Shown: one piece after another, positions 38,826 to 49,341 of the stretch | How positions within the stretch are numbered: position 1 is the stretch's first letter | Layout: each line of letters begins with the position of its first letter | Assembly: GCA_003228105.1 (NCBI GenBank) | Contig: QGNN01000003.1 | Coordinates: 258-64,257, forward strand | Length of the DNA stretch: 64,000 nucleotides | Source of the DNA: Chloroflexota bacterium | Lineage (GTDB): Bacteria > Chloroflexota > Dehalococcoidia > Lucifugimonadales > UBA826 | Direction of reading: 5' to 3' | Made by a program: the position numbers and the translations under genes | The notes under the pieces: model-generated | What the model was told of the DNA's origin: nothing | Database searches by the model: none | Seen by the model: only the letters and a program-made list of their open reading frames with translations

Positions 38826-40523
38826 TTATTTTTCTAGCAGTCTGGATACTTCTTCGATGCAATTTTGAATTGGGATAGTGTATGCCTGCTGTTCACTTCT
38901 GATCTTAACTTCGACTACACTGTTTTCCATGTTTCGACTACTTACAACCACTCTCAACGGCATGCCGAGTAGGTCCGCATCATTGAATTTGACTCCAGCC
39001 GATTCTTGCCTGTCGTCCCAAAGTACCTCAATACCTGCTTGTGACATTTCAGTGTACATTTCCTCTGAAGCCTCCATGACCTTGACATTATCTGTGTTCA
39101 GAGACGTAAGTACCACTTCGTATGGAGAAATAGCTTTAGGAAATATTATTCCTCTATCATCAGCATGTTGTTCTATTGCCCCAGCGAGAATACGCCCAAC
39201 CCCAATTCCATAACATCCCATGACTACGGGTTGTAGATTTCCGTCTTGGTCTGGGAACTTGGCCTCCATTGACTCAGAGTATTGGGTGCCTAATTTAAAC
39301 ACGTGCCCAATTTCGATCCCTCTTTTTGTATGCAAGGTTCCGGCGCAATTTGGGCACCGAAACCCATCTTCTGCTAAGGCAATATCAGTTAGTATTTCCG
39401 CCTGGAAATCTCTCGGATAATTTACACCCGATAGGTGGTACCCTTCCTTATTCGCACCTGCCAAAAAATTGTTACCTAAGTTGACAGAGTCATCTGCAAT
39501 CACCTTAATTCCTTCCATTCCTACAGGAGAAGCGGAACCTGATATTAATCCTTGTTTGGCAACTTCTTCTCTGGTGGCCAACCTTAAAGCACCGCCACCA
39601 ATACTGTTCTTCAACTTTACTTCGTTAATTTCCAAATCACCACGAATCACCGCTGTAATGATCTCTCGATCAGACTTATAGAAGACGGATTTGAGAGTTT
39701 TTTCTGGGCCCACTGAGAGGTACTCACAGAGTTGGGTTATGGTTTTTACCCCAGGAGTAGGCACTTCTTTTTGGCTGGTTGGAGGCTCAACGGGAATAGG
39801 TGCCCTGGTGAATTCTGATTTTTCTCCATTGGCCGCGTAGGAGCAGTGGTCACACATTACTATGGTGTCCTCACCTGAATCCGATAGAAGAATAAATTCT
39901 TTAGAATCTTTGCCCCCGATTGCACCGCTGTCCGCTTCTACTATTACGGTTTCAATTCCACAGCGCTTGAAAATGTTAATATAAGCATTGATCATCAAGT
40001 CATAACTTAGGTCTAACCCTTCCTTATTCATGTCAAAACTGTACGCATCCATCATGTCGAACTCTCTAACTCTTATTAGGCCCCCTCTGGGTCTAGGTTC
40101 ATCCCTAAATTTTGTTTGGATGTGGTACAAATTAAACGGAAGGTCTCTGTAGCTTTGTATGAAACTTTTCACTGTTTCGGTCATTAACTCTTCGTTGGTC
40201 GGAGGCAGGACTAGATGCCTTCCTCTGCGGTCTTGAAGTCTGATCATATCCGGTCCGTAAATTTCGTCTCTTCCAGACTTTTGCCAAATCTCCCTTGGCT
40301 GTAATAACCCTAGTTTTACTTCCTGAGCCCCTGCATTATCCATTTCTTCTCTAATGATCTGCTCTATTTTACGCAACGATCTCCATGCGAGTGGTAAGTA
40401 GCTGTATACACCAGAAGAAACTTGGTGCACCATTCCGGCCTGCAGTAATAACTTGTGGCTTATTAATTCAGTGTCGCTAGGAACATCTCTCAATGTCCTC
40501 ACGAATAATCGGGATACTTTCAT
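38826..40523 (-). CDS. proS: proline--tRNA ligase (bacterial type with INS editing domain)
   Basis: Class II motif 2 FRDEPRPRGGLIRVREF, a central editing insertion and a C-terminal anticodon-binding domain. 565 aa. Confidence 0.95.
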   Translation of the reverse strand: MKVSRLFVRTLRDVPSDTELISHKLLLQAGMVHQVSSGVYSYLPLAWRSLRKIEQIIREEMDNAGAQEVKLGLLQPREIWQKSGRDEIYGPDMIRLQDRRGRHLVLPPTNEELMTETVKSFIQSYRDLPFNLYHIQTKFRDEPRPRGGLIRVREFDMMDAYSFDMNKEGLDLSYDLMINAYINIFKRCGIETVIVEADSGAIGGKDSKEFILLSDSGEDTIVMCDHCSYAANGEKSEFTRAPIPVEPPTSQKEVPTPGVKTITQLCEYLSVGPEKTLKSVFYKSDREIITAVIRGDLEINEVKLKNSIGGGALRLATREEVAKQGLISGSASPVGMEGIKVIADDSVNLGNNFLAGANKEGYHLSGVNYPRDFQAEILTDIALAEDGFRCPNCAGTLHTKRGIEIGHVFKLGTQYSESMEAKFPDQDGNLQPVVMGCYGIGVGRILAGAIEQHADDRGIIFPKAISPYEVVLTSLNTDNVKVMEASEEMYTEMSQAGIEVLWDDRQESAGVKFNDADLLGMPLRVVVSSRNMENSVVEVKIRSEQQAYTIPIQNCIEEVSRLLEK

Positions 40524-40544
40524 ATGGTAAATACCTTCTAAAAA

Positions 40545-41717
40545 TCAGCTAACAGAGTTTTTTGTTGGTGACGATAATTCTTTTTCGACTTGTTTGATTT
40601 CTACCATCAGTTCGGTAAGCATGTTAGATTCATCCACGATTTTTGACTTTTTCCCTTTACGGAAAATCACTGCTTTCCCTACTCCGGCGGCAATTCCAAT
40701 ATCAGCATCCTTGGCTTCTCCCGGACCATTGACCTCACATCCCATAACAGCGACCTTGATGTGCGTTTTTGTGTCCTTCAGTAGTTGGTCCACTTGGTTG
40801 GCCAGGCCCCTTACATCTACATCAGCCCTGCCACAACTCGGACACGCGACAAGAACAGCTCCTTCTTTTCTTAGACCTAATGCCTTTAATATTTCAAAGC
40901 CAGTAATCACCTCTTCAGTCGAATTATCACTAAGGCTTACGCGTATTGTGTCTCCAATACCCTCATATAGTAATATACCCAACCCTATCGCACTTCTAAT
41001 ACTCCCAGATTTTGCTGTACCAGCCTCAGTGATACCTAGATGAAGAGGGTATGGGATCAATTTTGACATTCTTCTGTAGGCCTCTACTGTTGTATCTATA
41101 TCGAAGGCCTTCAAGGATATTTTAATTAGATCGAAATCCAAATTTTCAAGCAGGTCAATTTCCCATAATCCAGTAGCAACCATATGATCCACTGCCGTAT
41201 AATCTGAACTAGGAGTACTACCCTTAGTTAGTAAGTTGACCCCATCATCATGTCTGTTCAGGCCACGGGTTTTTCCTATAGCTCCTACCGGAGGTAGACT
41301 TCCGAAATTTACCCCTATCCTGATTGGCACTTCTCGTTGCTTGGCTAATTGGACCACCTCTTTAACCTTTTCTTCGTCCCTTATGTTTCCAGGGTTAAGC
41401 CTTAGGCAATCGACACCGCTTTTCAATGATTCAATAGCTAATTCATGATGAAAGTGGATGTCTGCAACGACAGGAATACTTGTGCCTTTCTTTATTTCTT
41501 TTAATGCTTTTGCTGCCTCCATGTCAGGCACGGCGCATCTAATTATCTCGCAGCCCGCATTTTCCAGTTCCTTTATTTCAGTAAGCGTAGATTTCACATC
41601 CCTGGTGTCAGTTTTTGTCATGGATTGCACTGATATGGTCGCGTCTCCACCGACCTTTACATCACCCACAAAAATCGGTTTTGTTACTCTACGCATTTGA
41701 AATTCCCGGCACCTCAT
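40545..41717 (-). CDS. ispG: 4-hydroxy-3-methylbut-2-en-1-yl diphosphate synthase
   Basis: ISVQSMTKTDT, RCAVPD and CPSCGR...MGCEVNGPGE Fe-S motifs. ATG at 41696 is an alternative start. Confidence 0.95.
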   Translation of the reverse strand: MRCREFQMRRVTKPIFVGDVKVGGDATISVQSMTKTDTRDVKSTLTEIKELENAGCEIIRCAVPDMEAAKALKEIKKGTSIPVVADIHFHHELAIESLKSGVDCLRLNPGNIRDEEKVKEVVQLAKQREVPIRIGVNFGSLPPVGAIGKTRGLNRHDDGVNLLTKGSTPSSDYTAVDHMVATGLWEIDLLENLDFDLIKISLKAFDIDTTVEAYRRMSKLIPYPLHLGITEAGTAKSGSIRSAIGLGILLYEGIGDTIRVSLSDNSTEEVITGFEILKALGLRKEGAVLVACPSCGRADVDVRGLANQVDQLLKDTKTHIKVAVMGCEVNGPGEAKDADIGIAAGVGKAVIFRKGKKSKIVDESNMLTELMVEIKQVEKELSSPTKNSVS

Positions 41718-41727
41718 TGATTAATAA

Positions 41728-42921
41728 TTACCTAAAAAAACTATCTCCACTTAAAATTCGGATAATGTCAAAATAACTCATCACCACCACTAGACCTATT
41801 AGTACAATGAATCCTGTCATGTGGATAGCCCCTTCCCTTTGAGGGGAAATCTTCTTGCCACCTCTGATTCCTTCAACCAATACGAACATTAATCGACCCC
41901 CATCTAGAGCAGGAATCGGTAATAGATTAACGATTCCCAAGCTGATACTGATTAAGGCGGCGAGCTCAAATATAGGGGCAATTCCTACCTTAGCGACTTC
42001 TCCCGTGATCTGAGCAATCCCGATTGGTCCGGTCAACCCAGGGTTTTCACCGCTACTTACTAAACTACCAATTCCTTGTGCAGAAAAGGAGATAACTTCA
42101 GCTATTTGGTTAAATGCTGTGGGTATGGCTTCGTGTAAAGGAAGTCGAGTTTTAACCACTCTACTATTAGTAGTTCCAATTAAAACTCCAATAGAACCTT
42201 GCCGTAAAACGTCTCCGACTTCTAACGATGGGTTATATTGTTTTGCTTCAGAAATAGCTATTTCTTTTGTGTATTCCGAGACTATTTCTACAACCCTGTA
42301 TGAAAGAGGGTCTTCTCGAGGTGTTAGGCGTATATATTCAGAAGTCGCAAATTCGGGAGATCCAGGTAATCCTAACCTTGAATTGCCTTTTCTTATTAGC
42401 AGCTCAACTTCAGTTCCTTTCTTGCTTTCTACTTCCTTAACAAGATCGATATGGTTAGAGATTTCAAAAGAGTTTATTTCTAAGATTGAGTCGCCTTTTT
42501 TAAGCCCAGATTGTTCAGCAGGTGAATTTGGTGCTACACCGCTGATAGTAACAGTACCAACCAATGTGTCATGAGGTAGGGAAAGGATGATTGCAAATAT
42601 AAATAATGGTAATAGTAGGTTCACAAAAGAACCAGCCATTAAGACAATCGACCGTTTTAGGATTGACTGCCTAGCAAAACTTCGGGGTTCAGTGGGGTCT
42701 TCCTCACCAACCATTTTGACAAACCCGCCAAGAGGAATCAGATTGATGGAATATAGGGTTTCCCCAATAGATATTCCCCACAACCGGGGCGGGAAGCCAA
42801 ACCCAAACTCGGTTACTTTAATCCCAAAACGCTTAGCTGTTAGAAAATGACCAAGTTCATGTACAAAAACTAGTATTGATAATACTGGAATAACTAGTAA
42901 CCAACTTGGCATGGGTATCAT
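41728..42921 (-). CDS. rseP: RIP site-2 metalloprotease RseP (M50)
   Basis: HELGHF zinc motif in TM1, a central PDZ domain and NLLPIPALDGG. 4-nt overlap with dxr. Confidence 0.9.
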   Translation of the reverse strand: MIPMPSWLLVIPVLSILVFVHELGHFLTAKRFGIKVTEFGFGFPPRLWGISIGETLYSINLIPLGGFVKMVGEEDPTEPRSFARQSILKRSIVLMAGSFVNLLLPLFIFAIILSLPHDTLVGTVTISGVAPNSPAEQSGLKKGDSILEINSFEISNHIDLVKEVESKKGTEVELLIRKGNSRLGLPGSPEFATSEYIRLTPREDPLSYRVVEIVSEYTKEIAISEAKQYNPSLEVGDVLRQGSIGVLIGTTNSRVVKTRLPLHEAIPTAFNQIAEVISFSAQGIGSLVSSGENPGLTGPIGIAQITGEVAKVGIAPIFELAALISISLGIVNLLPIPALDGGRLMFVLVEGIRGGKKISPQREGAIHMTGFIVLIGLVVVMSYFDIIRILSGDSFFR

Positions 42922-44060
42922 TTACCTGAGGTCAGTTCCGACACCCGTTCATAGGCCCACTGGAATGCTTCCAACATCTCAGTGGTAGTCGGGTTTATTA
43001 TAGATTCGTGGTCTTGTATTGCCTGTTCGATGAGAGTGTGTATTTCAGTGAATTTGATTCTGCTATCCAGAAATGCCTCTACCGCGGCTTCATCGGCTCC
43101 GCTAAGAGCTGAAGGCCAGGTACCTCCTCGCTTGGCAATTTTCAAAGCAATCTCAAAACAGGGATATCGATCTTGATCAAGAATTTCAAAATTGAGTGAT
43201 CTAGTTTTCTTTGGATCAAAAGGAGTTGTTGGTGGCTTTGGGGCCCGAGCTGGAAAAAACAAAGCATGCTCTATTGGTATCCTCATATTTGGATAACTTA
43301 ATTGAGCTTTTGTTGAACCGTCTGAAAATTCAACCATCGAATGTATTATGCTTTCAGGGTGCACAATAACTTCTATATTTTCCCACGGCACATTGAATAA
43401 CCACTTAGCTTCAATCACCTCGAACGCTTTATTCATCATGGTGGCAGAGTCAACACTAATCTTTGGACCCATTTTCCAAGTAGGGTGTTTTAATGCATCA
43501 CTTGGAGTGGCGTCTGATAAAGACCCTAGAGGAGTGTTTCTGAATGGTCCTCCCGATGCGGTTATTATCAATTTGGAAACATTGCTGTCCTCTCCCCGTA
43601 AGCACTGCCAGATTGCACTCGGTTCGCTGTCAATCGGCATCAAATGAACGGAGTTGGATTCTGCCAAGGAGATTAATTGTTCCCCTGCCATTATGATCGT
43701 TTCTTTATTTGCGATCGCTATATTCTTCCCCTTTTTGATTGCTTCAAAAGTAGGAATCAAAGCTATATTGCCGGATGTTGCTACTACAACGGTATCGACC
43801 CTTTCGTGGGTAGCTATATCAGAAAGGGACATTACCTTTTCTGATATTTCACCATTGGTATTCAATTCTTTATAATAATCGCAGGATATTGCTTGAGGTT
43901 GAAATTCAAGAATTTGTTCTTCCAATACTTGTGTATTTTTATTGGCCCCAAGGCAAACTACATCGAAGTCCTCAGGGTAGCTTCGCACCACTTCCAATGT
44001 TTGAGCACCCACTGAGCCTGTAGAACCGAGGATGGATAGATTTTTCTTTCTCCTATTCAT
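42918..44060 (-). CDS. dxr: 1-deoxy-D-xylulose 5-phosphate reductoisomerase
   Basis: ILGSTGSVG NADPH motif, LANKE-type block (IANKET) and HPES block. Confidence 0.95.
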   Translation of the reverse strand: MNRRKKNLSILGSTGSVGAQTLEVVRSYPEDFDVVCLGANKNTQVLEEQILEFQPQAISCDYYKELNTNGEISEKVMSLSDIATHERVDTVVVATSGNIALIPTFEAIKKGKNIAIANKETIIMAGEQLISLAESNSVHLMPIDSEPSAIWQCLRGEDSNVSKLIITASGGPFRNTPLGSLSDATPSDALKHPTWKMGPKISVDSATMMNKAFEVIEAKWLFNVPWENIEVIVHPESIIHSMVEFSDGSTKAQLSYPNMRIPIEHALFFPARAPKPPTTPFDPKKTRSLNFEILDQDRYPCFEIALKIAKRGGTWPSALSGADEAAVEAFLDSRIKFTEIHTLIEQAIQDHESIINPTTTEMLEAFQWAYERVSELTSGK

Positions 44061-44884
44061 TGTGCAAAATAATATAGTACTGGAAAAGCCAATACAATCG
44101 AGTCTAACCTGTCCAAAGCCCCTCCATGTCCTGGCATTATTGAGCCTGAATCTTTTATGTTTGCTCTCCTTTTAAGAGCTGACTCAAATAAATCTCCTGT
44201 TTGGGCCAATACAACAAATATGATCCCTAGTGTCATTAGTGAATATAGCCCTAATGCAGTAAATCCGAAACGAGTTAGCAATAGCCCGCCAGCTATGGCG
44301 GTTGCCAAACCACAAACATATCCCCCTAAAGCGCCTTCTAGTGTTTTATTGGGGCTTACTGTGGGGAAAAACGGGGTTTTCCCGACGGCTTTTCCCGTTA
44401 TGTATGACCCTGTGTCGTTGGCCCAAACTATTAGGGATAATAATACAATCCAGCCGAGGCCATGCTCGCTATTTCGAACAAGAACAGCGAACGAGAGCAA
44501 TCCTCCCGTATATGATACTGAAGAGACCACACAAGTAAAAATTCCTAGCTTTCTATCTCTACCCCATATCAAAAGTATTAAGATGGATATGCATATGAAC
44601 GACAGAAGAACTACCGGTAATATGATGGAACTAAGTTCGATGTTAAAACGAGGAAGGCCCAATAGATAACTATCGTAAATTTGCACCAACGCAACTAACA
44701 ACCCAGATAAAATGGCTGATATAAGTGGTTTCTTTTGGATATTTCCACCAGTAATTCTTGCCAATTCATACGCGGAAACCACGGCCCCAAATATAATTAT
44801 GAGAGAAAACCATATTCCTCCCATAAATATCCCTGCAAGCACTAAAGGAAGTGCCATAGCCGAACTGATTAATCGGGATTTCAC
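44057..44884 (-). CDS. cdsA: phosphatidate cytidylyltransferase
   Basis: Multi-TM protein with C-terminal signature SALKRRANIKDSGSIMPGHGGALDRLDS. Confidence 0.85.
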   Translation of the reverse strand: MKSRLISSAMALPLVLAGIFMGGIWFSLIIIFGAVVSAYELARITGGNIQKKPLISAILSGLLVALVQIYDSYLLGLPRFNIELSSIILPVVLLSFICISILILLIWGRDRKLGIFTCVVSSVSYTGGLLSFAVLVRNSEHGLGWIVLLSLIVWANDTGSYITGKAVGKTPFFPTVSPNKTLEGALGGYVCGLATAIAGGLLLTRFGFTALGLYSLMTLGIIFVVLAQTGDLFESALKRRANIKDSGSIMPGHGGALDRLDSIVLAFPVLYYFAQ

Positions 44885-44930
44885 TGTATATTTTCCGGAA
44901 ACCTAATATTCTTATAGGCTCCATAAACCA

Positions 44931-45626
44931 TCATAATTCACCAAATTTACGATTTCTACTTCGATATACACTTATAGCTTTTGAAACATCGGATTCATTA
45001 AAATCAGGCCAAAGAGTTTCAGTTGAATAGAATTCTGAATATGCCGATTGCCATATTAGGAAATTACTTAATCTCTTTTCTCCCGCTGTGCGTATTATCA
45101 TGTCTGGGTCTGGAATTCCCTTGGTATATAGCCTAGTCTCGATCTGGTGTTCACTAATTTCTGAGGGGCTCACCTTGTCTTCGACCAGTTCTTTTACTGC
45201 TTTCACGATTTCTGATCTGCCACCGTAATTGAAGGCAAGATTGAGGATTAATTTATCGTTGCGGAAGGTTGTTTTTTCGCATTTTTTTATTGCTTCCATC
45301 ACTTCAGGAGGCAGGGAAGATTTTTCTCCCAGGTGGGTAATTTTTATTCCCTCGGTGTGCAGAAATGCCAGCTGGTCAGCAATGGAAGATACTGTTAGCC
45401 TCATAAGGTTATCTACTTCGGTTTTTGGGCGGTTCCAATTTTCTGTGGAGAAGGCGTATAGGGTAATATACCTTACGCCGTGAGCTGAAAATGCTTGGAG
45501 CACTTTTTGGATATTTAGTGTTCCTTTTTCGTGACCAGAGCTTCTACCTAGTCCTTGGGAGGTTGCCCATCTTCCATTGCCATCCATAATGATGGCTACA
45601 TGGCGTGGGCTTTTATTCTTACCCAT
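44931..45626 (-). CDS. uppS: isoprenyl (undecaprenyl) diphosphate synthase
   Basis: HVAIIMDGNGRWA and RTAGEKRLSNFLIWQSAYSE motifs. Confidence 0.95.
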   Translation of the reverse strand: MGKNKSPRHVAIIMDGNGRWATSQGLGRSSGHEKGTLNIQKVLQAFSAHGVRYITLYAFSTENWNRPKTEVDNLMRLTVSSIADQLAFLHTEGIKITHLGEKSSLPPEVMEAIKKCEKTTFRNDKLILNLAFNYGGRSEIVKAVKELVEDKVSPSEISEHQIETRLYTKGIPDPDMIIRTAGEKRLSNFLIWQSAYSEFYSTETLWPDFNESDVSKAISVYRSRNRKFGEL

Positions 45627-45638
45627 AGCACAATTGGG

Positions 45639-46202
45639 TCACACCTCCATCACCTCTTTTTCTTTTTTGGACTTAATTGAATCCATTTCATATACGAAGG
45701 AGTCGGTGACATTCTGAAGCTCCTGTTGAGCTTTTCTACCATCATCTTGAGATATCTCTTTGTCTTTATCTAAGGTCCTTATTTTTTCCAAACTATCTCT
45801 ACGTATATTTCTTATTGCTACATGCCCTTCTTCAACCAGGTTTCCAACCAGTTTAACCATCTCCCGTCTTCGCTCTTCAGTTAATTCAGGTACGTTTATT
45901 CGTATGATTACACCATCAGAATTAGGAGTCAGCCCAAGATCTGATTTCAGTATACTTTTCTCTATTTCTTTAAGAGCTTCCTTGTCAAAAGGCTGGATGA
46001 CTATAGTACGGGCCTCAGGCACAGATATCGAAGATAATTGGTTTAAAGGTGTGGAATTACCATAATATTCAACATCAATATTTTCAACGAGATTAGTTGA
46101 AGCCCGCCCCGTTCTCACTGCAGATAGATCCCTTTGCAAAGAATCAACACTTTTGTTCATTCTTTCTTTAGTGTTTTTGAATATTTCTTCAATGTCTTCC
46201 AT
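45639..46202 (-). CDS. frr: ribosome recycling factor
   Basis: 187 aa with LSAVRTGRAS and the IRNIRRD block. Confidence 0.95.
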   Translation of the reverse strand: MEDIEEIFKNTKERMNKSVDSLQRDLSAVRTGRASTNLVENIDVEYYGNSTPLNQLSSISVPEARTIVIQPFDKEALKEIEKSILKSDLGLTPNSDGVIIRINVPELTEERRREMVKLVGNLVEEGHVAIRNIRRDSLEKIRTLDKDKEISQDDGRKAQQELQNVTDSFVYEMDSIKSKKEKEVMEV

Positions 46203-46207
46203 GTTTT

Positions 46208-46936
46208 TTACTCCTCCTCTGTGACCAGAGTCCCGACTTTTTCACCGGAGACTATACGGTTTAGGTTCCCTTGTTTAAAAAGATCAAAAACAACGATAGG
46301 AATACTGTATTCCATACATAACGACAAAGCCGTGCTATCCATTACCTTGAGACGTTTATCTATTGCATCTATATAAGAAATACTCTCGTAGCGAACCGCA
46401 GAATCATCTAATTTAGGATCTTTATCATAAACACCATCCACATCATTTTTTGCCATTAGCAATACATCTGCTTCTATTTCTAAAGCTCTTAAGGCAGATC
46501 CTGTGTCAGTGGTCACGAAGGGGTTACCTGTACCTGCTGCGAACAATACAATACGGCCTTTCTCTAGGTGGCGTATCGCCCTTCGTCTTATGTACGGTTC
46601 GGCCACTTGTTGGATGTTTATGGCACTCAGAGTTCTTGTTTCGAGTTTATGTTTTCTCTCTAACGAATCCTGCAGTGCCAATGCGCTTATTACTGTTGCA
46701 AGCATCCCTGCATAATCGGCAGAGGCTCTTTCCATGCCTTCAATCTCTGCTTCAGAACCTCTCCATATATTTCCGCCACCTACAACGATTCCTAATTCAA
46801 TACCCTTTGAAGTGACTGACTCTATCTCTTGAGCCATATAGTCCAGAGAGTCAGGATCTATTCCGTGACTTCTTTTTCCCTTTAGTGATTCCCCACTTAG
46901 CTTTAACAGAATCCGTTTGAATGGTTTGTCTGGCAT
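46208..46936 (-). CDS. pyrH: UMP kinase
   Basis: ILLKLSGE and VVGGGNIWRG motifs. ATG at 46936 lies 7 nt after the tsf stop and is preceded by GAGG; the track start at 47014 overlaps tsf. Confidence 0.95.
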   Translation of the reverse strand: MPDKPFKRILLKLSGESLKGKRSHGIDPDSLDYMAQEIESVTSKGIELGIVVGGGNIWRGSEAEIEGMERASADYAGMLATVISALALQDSLERKHKLETRTLSAINIQQVAEPYIRRRAIRHLEKGRIVLFAAGTGNPFVTTDTGSALRALEIEADVLLMAKNDVDGVYDKDPKLDDSAVRYESISYIDAIDKRLKVMDSTALSLCMEYSIPIVVFDLFKQGNLNRIVSGEKVGTLVTEEE

Positions 46937-46943
46937 ATTTGCC

Positions 46944-47447
46944 TCATTCACCCAGGGAAAATCTTTGGAATCTCCGGACCTTAATGTTTTCCCCAAGCTT
47001 TCCAACAGTTTCATTAATAAGATCTTGGATTGTTTTTGAGGGGTCTTTGATAAATGACTGTGATAACAAACACTTATCCTCAGTTACTGTGGCATTTTTC
47101 AATGCATCTTCCATGGTAAGGAATTCCGGTGACATAGCTGCGACTTGCATTGCTATATCGTGGGCTAGAGATGTGAAATCATCTGTTCTAGCCACAAAAT
47201 CAGTTTCACAGTTGATCTCTATCATGGCCCCTATCCTACCGCCGCTGTGTATGTAGGTATCGATTAGTCCTTGATCTGTTTCTCTACCTGCTTTTTGCGC
47301 AGCTGATGCAATTCCTTTCTCCTTGAGGAAGGATTCAGCTTTGTCGAGATCCCCTTTACTTTTTTCCAAAGCCTTTTTGCAATCCATAACGCCGGCACTT
47401 GTTCGGGCGCGCAATTCTTTGATTAATTGGGTAGTACTAGCAGGCAC
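46944..47447 (-). CDS. tsf: translation elongation factor Ts (short form)
   Basis: N-terminal UBA-like IKELRARTSAGVMDCKKAL. Only 167 aa. Confidence 0.9.
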   Translation of the reverse strand: MPASTTQLIKELRARTSAGVMDCKKALEKSKGDLDKAESFLKEKGIASAAQKAGRETDQGLIDTYIHSGGRIGAMIEINCETDFVARTDDFTSLAHDIAMQVAAMSPEFLTMEDALKNATVTEDKCLLSQSFIKDPSKTIQDLINETVGKLGENIKVRRFQRFSLGE

Positions 47448-47487
47448 GATTTCTCCCTTGAAATTTCATTAAACGGGATTGTTACGG

Positions 47488-48579
47488 TCAGTTGGTATTT
47501 TCTTCAGTTTCCTCAGAAATCGATGTTTCTATGGGAACGGAAGGTTCGGATTCTGAAACATCGCTTTCAGAATTTTCTTCAATTTTTTCAGAAATCGATT
47601 CTTCTTCAATAGTGTCTGAAGTCACAGAATTTTCAGGACTGGGTACGGGTTCTTCAATTTCTACAGAATTTATTTCCTCGCTGCTTTGTGAAGGTTCTGA
47701 TTCTGAATCATCACTTTCAGGGTTTTCCTCAGCTTTTTCAGAAATCGATTCTTCTATGGTAACTGTGGAATATGTGACCATTCTAGGGTTCGATTCTTGA
47801 TTTGGATCTGTAAGATCATCAGATTGCTCAGCGTTCCTTTGGTGGTACCCATCTATAATCGCATCAGACATTCTTCCTGTGATTAATCTGACAGATCTTA
47901 TGGCATCATCGTTTCCCGGGATTGGGTGGTCGATAAGATCGGGATCACAGTCGGAATCTACCAATGCGACTATCGGTATTCCAACCCGGTTAGCTTCCGC
48001 TACAGCTATCTCTTCCTTTCCAACGTCGACTATGAACATTGCCCCCGGCATTTCGGTCATTTCCTTTATCCCGGACAGGTTTTTATTTAATTTGGTTATC
48101 TTCTCGTCAATCTTCAAAGACTCTTTTTTTGTCAGACTTTCGAAGTCCCCCTGATCACGTCGAGTTTCCAAATCTACCAGATAATCGATTCTTTTCTGAA
48201 TAGTTTTGAAATTGGTCAGAGTTCCTCCCAGCCATCTATTAGAGATGTGTAAGGAATTACTTCTTTCAGCTTCAGTCACTATCGTATCCTGGGCTTGTTT
48301 TTTTGTACCTACCATCAGAATCTTTTTTCCACTCGCAGCCACTTCACTCAGAAATGCTGCGGCTTCTTCTACCAAATTTAAAGTTTTCTGTAGATCAATT
48401 ATATGGACACCATTTCTGTGAGTGAAAATATACCTGTTCATCTTCGGATTCCATCGCCTTTTTTGGTGGCCAAAATGAACTCCAGCCTCTAAAAGAGATT
48501 TCATCGTTATCGGTGCAGTATCCTGATCTTGGATTGTATTTACCTCAACAGCCTCTTCGACCATGTATTTTCCTTTCAA
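47488..48579 (-). CDS. rpsB: 30S ribosomal protein S2 with long acidic C-terminal extension
   Basis: [19 protein letters not shown] core, followed by a roughly 115-aa Glu/Ser/Asp-rich tail. Confidence 0.95.
   Translation of the reverse strand: MKGKYMVEEAVEVNTIQDQDTAPITMKSLLEAGVHFGHQKRRWNPKMNRYIFTHRNGVHIIDLQKTLNLVEEAAAFLSEVAASGKKILMVGTKKQAQDTIVTEAERSNSLHISNRWLGGTLTNFKTIQKRIDYLVDLETRRDQGDFESLTKKESLKIDEKITKLNKNLSGIKEMTEMPGAMFIVDVGKEEIAVAEANRVGIPIVALVDSDCDPDLIDHPIPGNDDAIRSVRLITGRMSDAIIDGYHQRNAEQSDDLTDPNQESNPRMVTYSTVTIEESISEKAEENPESDDSESEPSQSSEEINSVEIEEPVPSPENSVTSDTIEEESISEKIEENSESDVSESEPSVPIETSISEETEENTN
47543..47760 (-). repeat. imperfect ~70-bp direct repeat inside the rpsB tail, copies 150 bp apart
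   Basis: Copies start at 47543 and 47693 and share the core TCAGAAATCGATTCTTCT. They encode [25 protein letters not shown] and [24 protein letters not shown]. Confidence 0.8.
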
Positions 48580-48711
48580 TGTGATAGGTTATCTGACTAT
48601 TTTGAAGCCCTTAAACCATGATTATCTAACCGTGTTTCCCAACCTAAAAAACGCCGGGAAAGTATAACATGAGACTACTTCCCCAGTAAAAGCACATGTA
48701 AAAAATAAAAA

Positions 48712-49341
48712 TTAGTTAGCGAGATGCTTTTTCAATCGTACCAGTTTGTCATTCAGTGAATTTCTGTAATCCAAGGACTGAATATCGTATACAGTCATGA
48801 TTTTAGCATCCTCATGATTGTCAGCGTAATAGGATTTTCTTAACCCTTGTGTAGACATCCCATATTTTTTATATAGTGATATAGCTGGTACATTTGAGAC
48901 TCTAACTTCGAGGGTTAACGACCTAGCTCCTTTTTTTATCGAATTTAATAAGGCTGAATATAGAAGAAACTCTCCAATCCCCTTTCGTCTATGAGACCTC
49001 CTCGTACCGATGGACATGACATGAGATTCTTCAACAGTTGTATCCCAAAGAAAGATAAATCCGGTAAGGAAGTCCATCCCATCTTGCGATCCTGTATTAG
49101 TGGAACGGTAGTGCAAAGGATTTCTTATATCTTTGGAATAAGGTGAAAACTCCTTTCTCTCCACCATTTGTGAGTTAGATACTGCAACCAGAATAGTCGA
49201 AATCTTTCTTTGGAACTCTCTTCGAAATGAAGTAGGAGGAAACAATTGAGGAAAAGCATCTGATTCAATAAATGAAACTTGAGAAATATCCTCTGCCTTC
49301 ATTTTTCGTATGGATTGGGTATGGCCTTTAGATTTCGCCAT
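48712..49341 (-). CDS. GNAT-family N-acetyltransferase (RimI-like)
   Basis: Acetyl-CoA motif A RRKGIGEFLL, with an insertion in the N-terminal half. 209 aa. Confidence 0.75.
   Translation of the reverse strand: MAKSKGHTQSIRKMKAEDISQVSFIESDAFPQLFPPTSFRREFQRKISTILVAVSNSQMVERKEFSPYSKDIRNPLHYRSTNTGSQDGMDFLTGFIFLWDTTVEESHVMSIGTRRSHRRKGIGEFLLYSALLNSIKKGARSLTLEVRVSNVPAISLYKKYGMSTQGLRKSYYADNHEDAKIMTVYDIQSLDYRNSLNDKLVRLKKHLAN

Noticed and set aside
46937-47014. Long N-terminal extensions offered by the ORF track for pyrH (also cysS from 26809, 16846..17592, 38002..38862 and 5773..6831)
   Set aside because: In each case an internal ATG begins just after the upstream gene's stop (often preceded by an SD) and matches the family N-terminus. 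The longer forms would overlap the neighbouring gene by 26-78 nt.
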